Shown here in pieces: positions 9,998 through 18,711 of a DNA stretch of 64,000 bases. Source of the stretch: an uncultured archaeon (GTDB lineage: Archaea > Thermoproteota > Nitrososphaeria > Nitrososphaerales > Gagatemarchaeaceae); the NCBI GenBank assembly GCA_963817525.1, contig CAWFOU010000001.1, forward strand, positions 128,001 through 192,000, given 5' to 3'. The notes beneath the pieces were generated by a model, which saw only the letters and a program-made list of their open reading frames with translations, was not told the DNA's origin and made no database searches. A program made the translations under genes and the position numbers. The first letter of the stretch is position 1; every line of letters starts with the position of its first letter.

Positions 9998-10860
9998 TTG
10001 GTGGCCTTGCGCCTCCTCGTCTTCTCCACTGCCCGCTCGGGAGACCCCGCCAGCGCCTTCCTCATTACCTTCTCGGGGGCTTCCCTCCCCGTCCAGAGCC
10101 TGAACGCGGCCATCCCCTGGTGCAGGAGCATCTCCTCTCCGTGTATCGCCTTCGCCCCGACGCGCACGGCCTCCACGAGGAGGCTCGTCTCCCTGGGGCG
10201 GTAGACGGCGTCGAACACCACCTTGGTCCCGGGCAGGATCCTCTTCAGCTCTCTCGGGAGCGGCTCCCCGGACGCCCCCATCGGGGAGGCGTTGAACACG
10301 AGGTCGTGGTTGAGGTGGCGCAGGTCCCTCATCGAGGCCAGCGTGAGGTTCATCCTGGGGAACGCCATCTCCATCTCGAGCACGAAGCGCCTGGCGCGCC
10401 CCACGCTCCGGACGGCGACAGCGACGTCCAGGCACCCGATCCTGTTCATGGCCTCGCAGAAGGCGCGCGCGGCCCCTCCCGCCCCTACGAGCATGGCGTT
10501 CCTGATGTCAAGGGTGACGGGCTCAGCCCTGAGCGGCTCGACTATCCCGTCGGGGTCGGTGTTGTGCCCGACGTATCTCCCTCCCTCTTCCTTCACTGTG
10601 TTCACCGCCTGGACCCTGGTCGCCACCGCGTCTAGCGCGTCCAGCAGCGGGATCACCGCGCTCTTGTACGGGATGGTCACGTTCATCCCCTTGAAACCCT
10701 CCGTTTTCAGCCGCTCGAACTCGCTTGCGAACGCCGCCTCCGGGGCGCTCACCCGGGTGTACTCCGCCTCGATCCCTAGGTAGCGGAACGCGGCGTTCAT
10801 CGCGGCAGGCGAGGGGGAGTGCGAGACGTCTCTCCCGACCACGCAGTATCTGTCCTTCAT
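9994..10860 (-). CDS. aroE: Shikimate dehydrogenase
   Basis: Motifs HSPSP, G.NVTIPYK, AVNT, NTD and GAGGAARA. Confidence 0.95.
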   Translation of the reverse strand: MKDRYCVVGRDVSHSPSPAAMNAAFRYLGIEAEYTRVSAPEAAFASEFERLKTEGFKGMNVTIPYKSAVIPLLDALDAVATRVQAVNTVKEEGGRYVGHNTDPDGIVEPLRAEPVTLDIRNAMLVGAGGAARAFCEAMNRIGCLDVAVAVRSVGRARRFVLEMEMAFPRMNLTLASMRDLRHLNHDLVFNASPMGASGEPLPRELKRILPGTKVVFDAVYRPRETSLLVEAVRVGAKAIHGEEMLLHQGMAAFRLWTGREAPEKVMRKALAGSPERAVEKTRRRKATK

Positions 10861-10864
10861 CCTC

Positions 10865-11566
10865 TCAGACGACCAGGCTCCGGAGCTTCCTCATCGTGGA
10901 GACTGAGACCTGCCCCGGGGCCACCGCCTCGTCCGGGAGTGAGGCGTAGACGAGCGGGGCGCCCAGGCGCATCGCGACGACCCGCGAGACCGTCCCGAGC
11001 TCTCCCATGCAGAACGATATCGTCTTGCGCGGCTTGTCGGCGCAGAGCGCGAGGGTGGCAAGGTTGTCGTCCGCGCTCCTGGCCGTGGTGACCACCTTTG
11101 CAAGGGAGCCCACGCCCAGCTCGGCCTCGCGTGTCGCCCTGAGGGCCTTGAGGTCGGGGGTCCCTTCATAATCGTGCCACGAGGCAATCACCTCCACGCC
11201 CTTCGGGAGCGAGGCCGCCCACTTCTTGTTCCCCTTCAGAGTGCTGAGCTCGACGTCCAGGTAGGCGGGCCCCATCTCGCCTAGGCGGGACACGAGCTCA
11301 AGGCGGCGCGGCTCGCTCCCCTTGAACCAGCCCCCCTCCGTGGCAGACCTCACGGTGAAGACGGCACTCTTCGCGAAGACCGAAAGTTCCGCCTCGAGCT
11401 CGCGCGGGTTGAGGCCCCTCGTCAGCCTGTCGACCCTGAACTCTACTAGGTCAGACCCGAGCGACAAGGCGAGCTCCGCCTTTGCGGCCAGCTCTTCCGG
11501 GGACTCGGCGCTCACTGAGGTGCAGACACGGGGCGACGCGCTCCTCTTTGCCAACTCAGGGGTCAC
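10865..11566 (-). CDS. aroD: Type I 3-dehydroquinate dehydratase
   Basis: Motifs VEFRVD, TVRSATEGG, SWHDY, FCMGELG.SR and APGQ. Confidence 0.93.
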   Translation of the reverse strand: MTPELAKRSASPRVCTSVSAESPEELAAKAELALSLGSDLVEFRVDRLTRGLNPRELEAELSVFAKSAVFTVRSATEGGWFKGSEPRRLELVSRLGEMGPAYLDVELSTLKGNKKWAASLPKGVEVIASWHDYEGTPDLKALRATREAELGVGSLAKVVTTARSADDNLATLALCADKPRKTISFCMGELGTVSRVVAMRLGAPLVYASLPDEAVAPGQVSVSTMRKLRSLVV

Positions 11567-11593
11567 CGCCCCGCCCGCGCTTTCCCCGCGGGG

Positions 11594-12616
11594 TCAGCGC
11601 TCGACAATGAACTCGTCGACCTCACCGCCGAAGTGCCTCCCCCTGGCGGCTCCCGCGACGTGCACCAGGACCTCGTCGCCCGCCTTGGCCTCGGTGACGG
11701 CAAGCGGGCTCCCGTCGGGGCGAACCAGCCTGATGGTCTCGGCGTTCTGGAGCATCGCGGTGCCCTCGTGGCCGCCCACCTCCGCCTCTACCATCACAAG
11801 CGGCCTCCTCTCCATCTTTATCCTCCCGACTATGGCGTCCCGCCTTGCGCCCGTCTTGTCCACCAGCTGCACCTTGTCGCCGCTTCGCAGCTCGGAGAGG
11901 TACCTCGTCTTCCCGTCCACCCCGAGGATGTAGCTGTGGAGGGCCCCGGCGTTTACCCTGAAGGGCCGCGTCGGGATGTACTCCGTGGGGATGGTCTCGC
12001 TGTGCACGAGGAAGAAGAAGCTAGCGACGCTCCCGATCAGCATGCCCTCTCCGAGCCCCAGCTGGGACGCCGTGTCTATGCACACCCTCTCCCCGTCACC
12101 CACGTCGACGATCCGCCTGATCTTCGCCTTCACGAGCTGGACGCCGCGCCCCTGCCCGGAGGTCAGGCTGGCGAGGAGCCCCTTCGAGGCCTTGAGGGAA
12201 GAGTAGGGGATGACGACCCCGTCGACGCCCTTCTCGAGGATGGAGAACGCGAGCTTGATGTCGGCCTCAGACTTCATGAAAGCGTAGATCTTCCTGTGCC
12301 TGCGCCGGAACTCCCCGATGAGGTTCTCGAGCGGTATTATCTTCCAGTTGGTGCAGTCCACGACCACGAACTTGTGGTCCTTCTTGAGGGCCGACTCTAC
12401 CGCCCGGTCCAGGTCCTTCGCGCCCCTTACCTCGACCCACGCAAAGTCCCCGTCCCTCTCGAGGTATTCGTGGATGCCTTCGCCCCCCTCGAGCCTCTTC
12501 GCCTCCCCGCGGCTGAGCACCGCCGCGACCCCCGCCTGCCTGGCCTCCTTCAGCGCCTTTGCGATGTCGGCGATGTCCGTGACGTCGAGGACTATCTCCT
12601 TCTCAGGCGTTGGCAG
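11594..12616 (-). CDS. aroB': 3-dehydroquinate synthase II (archaeal alternative pathway)
   Basis: Motifs WKIIPLENLI, GERVCIDT, RPFRVNAGA.H, LQNAETI and GRHFG; frame open up to a CTG at 12616 with an in-frame TGA two codons upstream (start uncertain). Confidence 0.92.
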   Translation of the reverse strand: MPTPEKEIVLDVTDIADIAKALKEARQAGVAAVLSRGEAKRLEGGEGIHEYLERDGDFAWVEVRGAKDLDRAVESALKKDHKFVVVDCTNWKIIPLENLIGEFRRRHRKIYAFMKSEADIKLAFSILEKGVDGVVIPYSSLKASKGLLASLTSGQGRGVQLVKAKIRRIVDVGDGERVCIDTASQLGLGEGMLIGSVASFFFLVHSETIPTEYIPTRPFRVNAGALHSYILGVDGKTRYLSELRSGDKVQLVDKTGARRDAIVGRIKMERRPLVMVEAEVGGHEGTAMLQNAETIRLVRPDGSPLAVTEAKAGDEVLVHVAGAARGRHFGGEVDEFIVER

Positions 12617-13397
12617 CCTTCATTACCCCCATCGCCTCTTTGACGCTGCCCCCCTCTATCACCACGCGCCTCAGCGCCTTCACTATCGACGTCGGGTCGC
12701 GGTGCTGGAAGACGTTCCGGCCGAAGGTCACCCCCATCGCCCCCGCCTGCATGACGTCGTACGCGAGCTTGAGTATCTCTCCGTCCGAGTCGACCTTCGC
12801 CCCGCCGGCGAGGACCAGCGGGACCGGGCACTTCCTCACCACCTCCCTGAAGCTCTCCGGGTCGCCAGTGTACACGGTCTTGACGATGTCCGCCCCGCTC
12901 TCAGCCCCTACGCGCGCGACGTGCGCTACGACTTCGGGGTCTGACGGGTCCTTGATGTTCTCTCCCCTCGGGTACATCATGGCGACGAACGGGACCTGGT
13001 ACTCGTCGCACTGGTCCGCGACCATCCCTAGCTGCACTAGCATCTCGGGCTCCTCCTTGGACCCCATGTTTACGTGGATGGAGATGGCGTCCGCGCCCAG
13101 CCTCAGCCCCTCCGCCACCGAGGAGTTGATCACCTTCCGGTTGGGGGCGGGGCCGATGTTCGTGCTGGCCGAGATGTGCATTATCATCCCGATCGGGGCG
13201 GGCTCCTTGAGGGACTTGATTATACCCTTTTGGACCAAGAAAGCGGTCGCCCCTCCCTTCGAGACCTTCGCGACCATCGCTTCGGGGTTCTCGAGCCCGG
13301 CTATGGGCCCTATCGTGAAGGAGTGGTCCATGGGGATGCAGAGCATCCTCCCGCCCTTGGTTATCCTTGCGAGCCTCACCTGCTTTCCGTTCACCAT
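12603..13397 (-). CDS. aroA': 2-amino-3,7-dideoxy-D-threo-hept-6-ulosonate (ADH) synthase, DhnA-type class I aldolase
   Basis: Motifs PMDH, MMYPRG, GADIVKTVYTG and GRNVFQ; adjacent to DHQ synthase II. Confidence 0.92.
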   Translation of the reverse strand: MVNGKQVRLARITKGGRMLCIPMDHSFTIGPIAGLENPEAMVAKVSKGGATAFLVQKGIIKSLKEPAPIGMIMHISASTNIGPAPNRKVINSSVAEGLRLGADAISIHVNMGSKEEPEMLVQLGMVADQCDEYQVPFVAMMYPRGENIKDPSDPEVVAHVARVGAESGADIVKTVYTGDPESFREVVRKCPVPLVLAGGAKVDSDGEILKLAYDVMQAGAMGVTFGRNVFQHRDPTSIVKALRRVVIEGGSVKEAMGVMKAANA

Positions 13398-13405
13398 CTA
13401 GCCCA

Positions 13406-14476
13406 CTACTCCAGGTACCCTTCCTTCTCCATCAGCTCGGCCGTGAGTATGGCGTCCCCCGCCGCCCCTCTTATTGTGTTGTGCGAGAGCAACGTGAGCT
13501 GCAGGGACTTTGCGTCGATCCCGCTCCTGACCCGCCCCACCACCACGCTCATCCCGGGGACGCTCCCCGCCATCCTGTCTAGGCGGGGCTGCGGCCTGTC
13601 GTTCTCCTTCATGACCATGATGGGCTGGCTGGGCGCCGTGGGGAGCTTGAGCGTCTGAGGCGTCCCCCTGAACCTTTCGAGAGACCTCTCGGCCTCCTTC
13701 GGGTCGACCTCCCGGGAGAACTCCGCGTACAGCGTCTCCATGTGCCCGTCTATCACCGCCACCCGGTTGCAAGAGATCCCCATTGTGATCGGGCTGGGCT
13801 TGATCGCCCCTGCCGAGAGCGTCCCGAGGATCTTCCTGGCCTCGGCCGCCACCTTCTCCTCCTCGTTCTTGATGTAGGGGATGACGTTCTCCTGGATCGA
13901 GAGCGAAGGCACGCCGGGGAACCCAGCCCCCGAGAGGGCCTGCATGGTGGTGACTATCGCCTTGCGCGCCCCGTACTCGTCGATGAGCGGCTTCAGCACC
14001 ATCGCGAGGCCGGTGACCGTGCAGTTCGGGGTCGTCGCGATGGCCCCCTTCCATCCCCTCTTCCTCTTCTGGCCCTCGAGGAGCTCCAGGTGCTCCGGGT
14101 TGATCTCGGGTATCATTAGGGGCACGTCAGCGTCCATGCGGTGCGCGCTCGCCTCGCTCACGACCGTGAACCCAGCCTCCGCGAACTTTGTCTCTACCTC
14201 GTCCGCGACCTCAGAGGGGAGCGCGGAGAAGACGATGTCGCACCCCTTCGCGGACTCGGGCTTGGCCTTCTTGACGACCTTCTCCGCCATCGCAGGGTCG
14301 ATTACGTCGGGGAAGAGCCAGTGCACTGCGTCCCCGTACCTCTTCCCGGCGGACTCGCCTCCCATCAGGACCTCGAGGCGGAGGTATGGGTGCGTTGGGA
14401 GCATGTTGATGTAGCGCTGCCCTACCGCGCCGGTCGCTCCGAGCAGGGCGACCTTGACCTCGCGGTGCTTGCTCAT
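13406..14476 (-). CDS. asd: Aspartate-semialdehyde dehydrogenase (archaeal type)
   Basis: Motifs LLGATGAVGQ, PNC, QALSGAG, CNRV...DGH and HNTIRGAAG. Confidence 0.96.
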   Translation of the reverse strand: MSKHREVKVALLGATGAVGQRYINMLPTHPYLRLEVLMGGESAGKRYGDAVHWLFPDVIDPAMAEKVVKKAKPESAKGCDIVFSALPSEVADEVETKFAEAGFTVVSEASAHRMDADVPLMIPEINPEHLELLEGQKRKRGWKGAIATTPNCTVTGLAMVLKPLIDEYGARKAIVTTMQALSGAGFPGVPSLSIQENVIPYIKNEEEKVAAEARKILGTLSAGAIKPSPITMGISCNRVAVIDGHMETLYAEFSREVDPKEAERSLERFRGTPQTLKLPTAPSQPIMVMKENDRPQPRLDRMAGSVPGMSVVVGRVRSGIDAKSLQLTLLSHNTIRGAAGDAILTAELMEKEGYLE

Positions 14477-14477
14477 C

Positions 14478-15701
14478 CTATAATGCCCCTCCCTTCATCG
14501 CCTCCTTCACGAGGATGAAGGCCTTCTGCGAGCTCTCCTTGGACACGAACACCCTGACGGACGATAGTATCGTCACTATGCCGTAGACGTTGATAGACGC
14601 CTTGGCCAGCGGACCAGTGATCCTCTGGACTACCCCACGCTCCGTCTCGAGGGCCGCGCCCTTCACGGTGATCATCGAGAGGCTCGGGAACTCGGAGACG
14701 GCCTTGCCTATCTTGTCCTCGACGAGGACCTTGTGGACCGCGTCTAGGACGTTCTTCCCTCCGCCCACGTAGAAGATCGCCGCGTTGTTCTCCAGCGAGA
14801 GGGCGAGCAGGTCGCCGTGGGCGTCCCTCACGGCCTTCACCGCGCGGATGATCGCCCCCGTCTTCTCGGGGTTCAGGCCGACGAAAGTTATCATCGACAC
14901 CCCCTCGCCCAGCATCTCGACCTGGACCGGCGAGAGCTCCCCCTTGATGACCGTGCCGGAGTCGAGCCTTTCTAGGTTGGTGACCCTGATCCTCAGGCCT
15001 GACGACTGGTATCTTAGCGCCTTTACGTGGAGGAACTTCGCTCCGCCCGCCGCGAGCATCTCGGCCTCCTCCCCGTTGAGGCTCTCGATGAACTGGGGGT
15101 TGGTGACCTTGTCTGGGTCGCTCGAGTAGACGCCCTCTACGTCCTTCACCAGTATCACCTCCTTCGCGTTCAGGCAGTTGCCGAGCAACACCGCGGTGGT
15201 GTCGCTCCCTCCCCTGCCCAGCGTCGTCGTCCTCCCGCTCGTGGTCTTCCCGAGGAACCCGCAGACCACCGGGACCTTCCCCGCCCTCAGGAGCGGGGTG
15301 ATGAGCTGTTGGGCCTTGGCCCTGCTCTCCTCCACGAGCGGGTTGGCGTCCAGGTGCCTCTCGTCGGTGATGACAGGCCAGTACGGGGTGTCCGGGTCGA
15401 CTATCACCGATTGCAGCCCGAAGGCGGCGAGGGCGGCTGCGACCATCCTCGCGCTGGTCTTCTCCCCGGAGGAAAGGAGCTCGTCGAGGAGGTGGGGCTC
15501 GATCTCCGGGTTCTGCTTCTTGGAGAGCGCCATTATCTGGTCGGTGACGCCCTTGAGGGCCGAGACCACGACCACCACTCCCAGCCCCTTCGCCTTGGTC
15601 TCTTTGATGAGGGAGGCCACTTGGTTGATGGCCTTCTCGTCCTCTAGGACGGACCCCCCGAACTTGACTACGACAGTCTCTAACATCTTAGTTGTGCTCA
15701 T
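14478..15701 (-). CDS. lysC: Aspartate kinase with C-terminal ACT domains
   Basis: Motifs VVKFGGS, VVSAL.GVTD and TTLGRGGSDTTA. Confidence 0.93.
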   Translation of the reverse strand: MSTTKMLETVVVKFGGSVLEDEKAINQVASLIKETKAKGLGVVVVVSALKGVTDQIMALSKKQNPEIEPHLLDELLSSGEKTSARMVAAALAAFGLQSVIVDPDTPYWPVITDERHLDANPLVEESRAKAQQLITPLLRAGKVPVVCGFLGKTTSGRTTTLGRGGSDTTAVLLGNCLNAKEVILVKDVEGVYSSDPDKVTNPQFIESLNGEEAEMLAAGGAKFLHVKALRYQSSGLRIRVTNLERLDSGTVIKGELSPVQVEMLGEGVSMITFVGLNPEKTGAIIRAVKAVRDAHGDLLALSLENNAAIFYVGGGKNVLDAVHKVLVEDKIGKAVSEFPSLSMITVKGAALETERGVVQRITGPLAKASINVYGIVTILSSVRVFVSKESSQKAFILVKEAMKGGAL

Positions 15702-15709
15702 GGTGCAAG

Positions 15710-15764
15710 GCGCTCCGGCTGATTTTCGCTTGGGAAGCTAGAGCGCGAGTTAGTAGCGAAAACC
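15710..15764 (-). promoter_or_regulatory. Candidate attenuator: two overlapping, mutually exclusive RNA stems
   Basis: Minus strand. Stem A: GGUUUUCGCU (15764-15755) pairs with AGCGAAAAUC (15730-15721). Stem B: GCGCUCUaGCU (15746-15736) pairs with AGCcGGAGCGC (15720-15710) and covers a GGAG 11 nt before the lysC ATG. Confidence 0.55.
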
Positions 15765-15824
15765 GAAGATGGGCTTCCGATAGCTGAGCTGCGGATAAAG
15801 TGAACCGCCTCGATGAAGCTCCAT
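15750..15824 (-). CDS. Putative Tyr/Phe-rich leader peptide MELHRGGSLYPQLSYRKPIFGFRY (24 aa)
   Basis: ATG about 30 nt downstream of a TATA-like box; 3 Tyr and 2 Phe in the last 15 codons; lies directly upstream of the Phe/Tyr/chorismate operon; too short for the ORF track. Confidence 0.6.
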   Translation of the reverse strand: MELHRGGSLYPQLSYRKPIFGFRY

Positions 15825-15854
15825 CTTTTCTCGCCAAAAGCGTTCCGCAATCGA

Positions 15855-15862
15855 TATTTATG
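15855..15862 (-). promoter_or_regulatory. TATA-like box (CATAAATA) for the leader/lysC operon
   Basis: AT-rich box in a GC-rich context, with purine-rich upstream sequence and appropriate distance to the leader ATG. Confidence 0.55.
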
Positions 15863-16045
15863 CGTTATCCTGCACAGATTCACCTTCTCCCATCCTTGCG
15901 CACGAGTCGAAATCCCGTCGTTGCGGGATTCTGTATCATAATCTGGGCTGGCCGCTACAAATTTTCAGTATTGTGTTGCTAACATATTAAATAGTGGAGG
16001 TCAGAAGAGAGAAAACACCTTACGGTCTAGGTGGTATTTGGTCTA

Positions 16046-17608
16046 ATGGTTACCTCGGTTATCTTCTCCCCAGTCGCTGACATAATCCTCGGGGTCTCGG
16101 TCCTGCTCAGCTTCTCCTTCTTCATCTACGGCATAAACACCCTGCACCTCACCCGGAAAGCCCGTGGTTACACTCAGCCCAGTCAGGCAGGGATGACGTC
16201 CAGGCCGGCGGTGGCGGTGCACCTCCCCGTCTACAACGAGTTCTACGTCGCCGACAGGCTTCTCAACGCCTGCGCGAAGATGGCCGACAACTACGGCAAG
16301 GGGCTAGTGAGGGTCTGCGTCATCGACGACTCTGACGACGAGACCCGTGACAAGCTGGACGCCCTGAAAGACAGTTACGTCCAGCAGGGCTACAACGTGG
16401 AGATACTTCGGAGGGGGACGAGAGCGGGATACAAGGCCGGGGCACTGCAGGCCGCCCTCGAGAGGACGACCGAGCCCTTCGTCGCGGTATTCGACGCGGA
16501 CTTCGCCCCCAATGAGGACTTCCTCGACAAGACCGTCCCCTTCATGCTCCAGGACGAGAAGGTGGGTTTCGTCCAGTGCAGATGGACCCACTTCGACAGG
16601 ACCTACAACATGATCACGGAGACCCTCGCGATAGGGATCGACGCGCACTTCCTCCTCGAGCAGCCCGGCCGCTGGAGCAGCGGCTACATGATGAACTTCA
16701 ACGGCAGCGCTGGCCTCCTGCGCACGGCCGCGATAAGAGGCGCTGGCGGCTGGAACTCGGACACCCTGGCCGAGGACCTGGACCTGAGCTACCGCATGCA
16801 GCTCTCGGGCTACAAACCGGTCTACCTCAAGGACGTCAAGGTCCCGGCGGAGCTCCCTCCGACGATCACGAGCCTCAAGAGGCAACAGGGGCGCTGGGCG
16901 AGGGGCTCCATCCAGACGGCGCGCAAGGTCTGGCCGACGGTCTACGCCTCGAAGAAACTCTCCATCAAGCAGAAGTTCGAGGCATTCGTCCACCTCACCT
17001 ACTACATGGTCCACCCGTTGATGGTCTTCTCCTTCGTTCTCGCCCTGCTCGCGGTCTTCCTCAACGTGAACGTCATCAACTACGGCGTCCACGTCACCCT
17101 CCCCAACCCGGGGGCCCTATTCGGCGCCTCGGCGCTTGTGACTCTCGAGATAGTCCCATGGGCGGTCTTCACCCTGATGATAGTCCTCTCCACCCTCGCC
17201 GTGCTATACTACTGCATCGAGGCGGTGAGGACCCAGCACCTCGGGCTCTTCAGGAACGTGAAGCAGATCATTCTCCTCGTGATCTTGGGCTACGGGATCA
17301 GTGTCAGCAACTCGGTGAGCGCCATGTCGGGCCTCCTCTCCCACCAGACCGGGGTTTTCCTCAGGACTCCCAAGTACGCCATCACCGGCAGCGCGGGGAC
17401 CTGGAGGGAGAAGAAGTACCAACTCGCCCTCAACCGCGTGACGGTTTTCGAGACGGTCGCTACGGTCGTCGGGATCATTGCCCTCGTCTACGCCGCGGCC
17501 GAGCACAACTTTGGGATCATCCCGATCCTGGTCGTCTACGTGACGGGCTACCTCGCGGTGCTCTTCTTGACCCTCTCGCAGTCGGTCTCGAAGCAGCGCG
17601 GCAACTGA
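16046..17608 (+). CDS. Cellulose-synthase-like processive GT2 glycosyltransferase
   Basis: Motifs DDS.D, GYKAGAL, FDADF, AEDLDL and QQGRW (QxxRW); N- and C-terminal TM helices; GTG at 16031 is an alternative start. Confidence 0.9.
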   Translation: MVTSVIFSPVADIILGVSVLLSFSFFIYGINTLHLTRKARGYTQPSQAGMTSRPAVAVHLPVYNEFYVADRLLNACAKMADNYGKGLVRVCVIDDSDDETRDKLDALKDSYVQQGYNVEILRRGTRAGYKAGALQAALERTTEPFVAVFDADFAPNEDFLDKTVPFMLQDEKVGFVQCRWTHFDRTYNMITETLAIGIDAHFLLEQPGRWSSGYMMNFNGSAGLLRTAAIRGAGGWNSDTLAEDLDLSYRMQLSGYKPVYLKDVKVPAELPPTITSLKRQQGRWARGSIQTARKVWPTVYASKKLSIKQKFEAFVHLTYYMVHPLMVFSFVLALLAVFLNVNVINYGVHVTLPNPGALFGASALVTLEIVPWAVFTLMIVLSTLAVLYYCIEAVRTQHLGLFRNVKQIILLVILGYGISVSNSVSAMSGLLSHQTGVFLRTPKYAITGSAGTWREKKYQLALNRVTVFETVATVVGIIALVYAAAEHNFGIIPILVVYVTGYLAVLFLTLSQSVSKQRGN

Positions 17609-17620
17609 ACGGCTTCCGGT

Positions 17621-18589
17621 CTAGACAGTCGCGCGGGGAAAGAGGCCGGCCTGCGTCGAGATCCGGCTTTCGCGCCTTAGTATCAGGACGACGAAGGCGA
17701 TTATCCACGGGATGAAGATGAGCTCGCCAATGACCGAGTGGAAGGCCTGGAATGCTTGCGGGTTGGTTATGTTGCTCATCGCGTAGACCGCGAGGAGCGC
17801 GAGCCGGAGCACGTTCACCAGGAACGACCCCACCACCCCGAGCGCGAGGTAGAGCGCGCCCCTCGCCCAGCCGGTCCCGGCCTTCACGCAGATGGCCACG
17901 ACCACCAGCAGCCCGATCACTATCCCGTCCAGCCCGGCGGAAGGCCAGAAGACTTGGAGGTTCATCGACCCGAGGCTGTTCTGGAGCATCAGGATGTTTC
18001 CGTGGGCGTGCGCCGCGCCCGGCGCGAAGAGGTCGAGGGTCCCCGCGACCACCTGGAGGACGGGCGGGACGACGTATCCGAAGGGGCCGAGCGTGTTCAT
18101 CGGCAGGAGGACGTCGATGAAGAGGAACGAGGCCATCCCGGCCGTGTAGATCAGGGGCGTTATGGTCTTCGACGCGCGATCCAGGAACAGGAGGGAGACC
18201 AGGAAGACAGAGGTCACGGCGTAGTCGATCCCCCAGACCCAGCTGTACTGGACTATGATGGGGCTGACGTCCAGGCTCCTTCCCTCTGAGACTACCCAGT
18301 TGAAGACAGCAGGTTGGGCGTACGCGAAGTAATAGACCGCCGCAACCGCCAGGGTGAGCCAGGCGGCGTATGCCTTCCTGGCGCTCTTGAGGGGTGTCAG
18401 CGAGACCCGCCCCGCCTCCAGGAAGACGAGTGGGACAATGGCGAGCATCGCCGACCTTCCCTCGTTCCAAGAGCGCGTGAAGCTGTACGGGTCTGCCAGG
18501 AACGCGACGAGGACTAGGATGACGAAGTAGACGATGTAAGGCGTGCCTGCGGCCTTTGCCTTCGCGCGATCCAGCGCCTCCCTGGGCAT
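17621..18589 (-). CDS. Archaeosortase/exosortase-family protein, Ser-type (thaumarchaeosortase-like)
   Basis: Multi-TM protein with L.VFWPSAG (Ser at the usual Cys position), VNVLR and FH motifs of the exosortase triad; PEFP-tailed proteins occur in the same window. Confidence 0.82.
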   Translation of the reverse strand: MPREALDRAKAKAAGTPYIVYFVILVLVAFLADPYSFTRSWNEGRSAMLAIVPLVFLEAGRVSLTPLKSARKAYAAWLTLAVAAVYYFAYAQPAVFNWVVSEGRSLDVSPIIVQYSWVWGIDYAVTSVFLVSLLFLDRASKTITPLIYTAGMASFLFIDVLLPMNTLGPFGYVVPPVLQVVAGTLDLFAPGAAHAHGNILMLQNSLGSMNLQVFWPSAGLDGIVIGLLVVVAICVKAGTGWARGALYLALGVVGSFLVNVLRLALLAVYAMSNITNPQAFQAFHSVIGELIFIPWIIAFVVLILRRESRISTQAGLFPRATV

Positions 18590-18711
18590 CAGCGTAGATG
18601 ACCCCCTGGCTCGACCATGACCACCAATCGCCCCGAAAAACCTTGGTCTTCCGACCATCCATCCGCATTATTAATATGCGTCGGAGAAAAGAGCCAACGG
18701 GTGCTGAAGTA

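Noticed and set aside
15698-15883. 61-aa ORF overlapping the lysC start
   Set aside because: Starts upstream of the likely TATA box and has no recognisable features; the 24-aa ORF in another frame fits the promoter better
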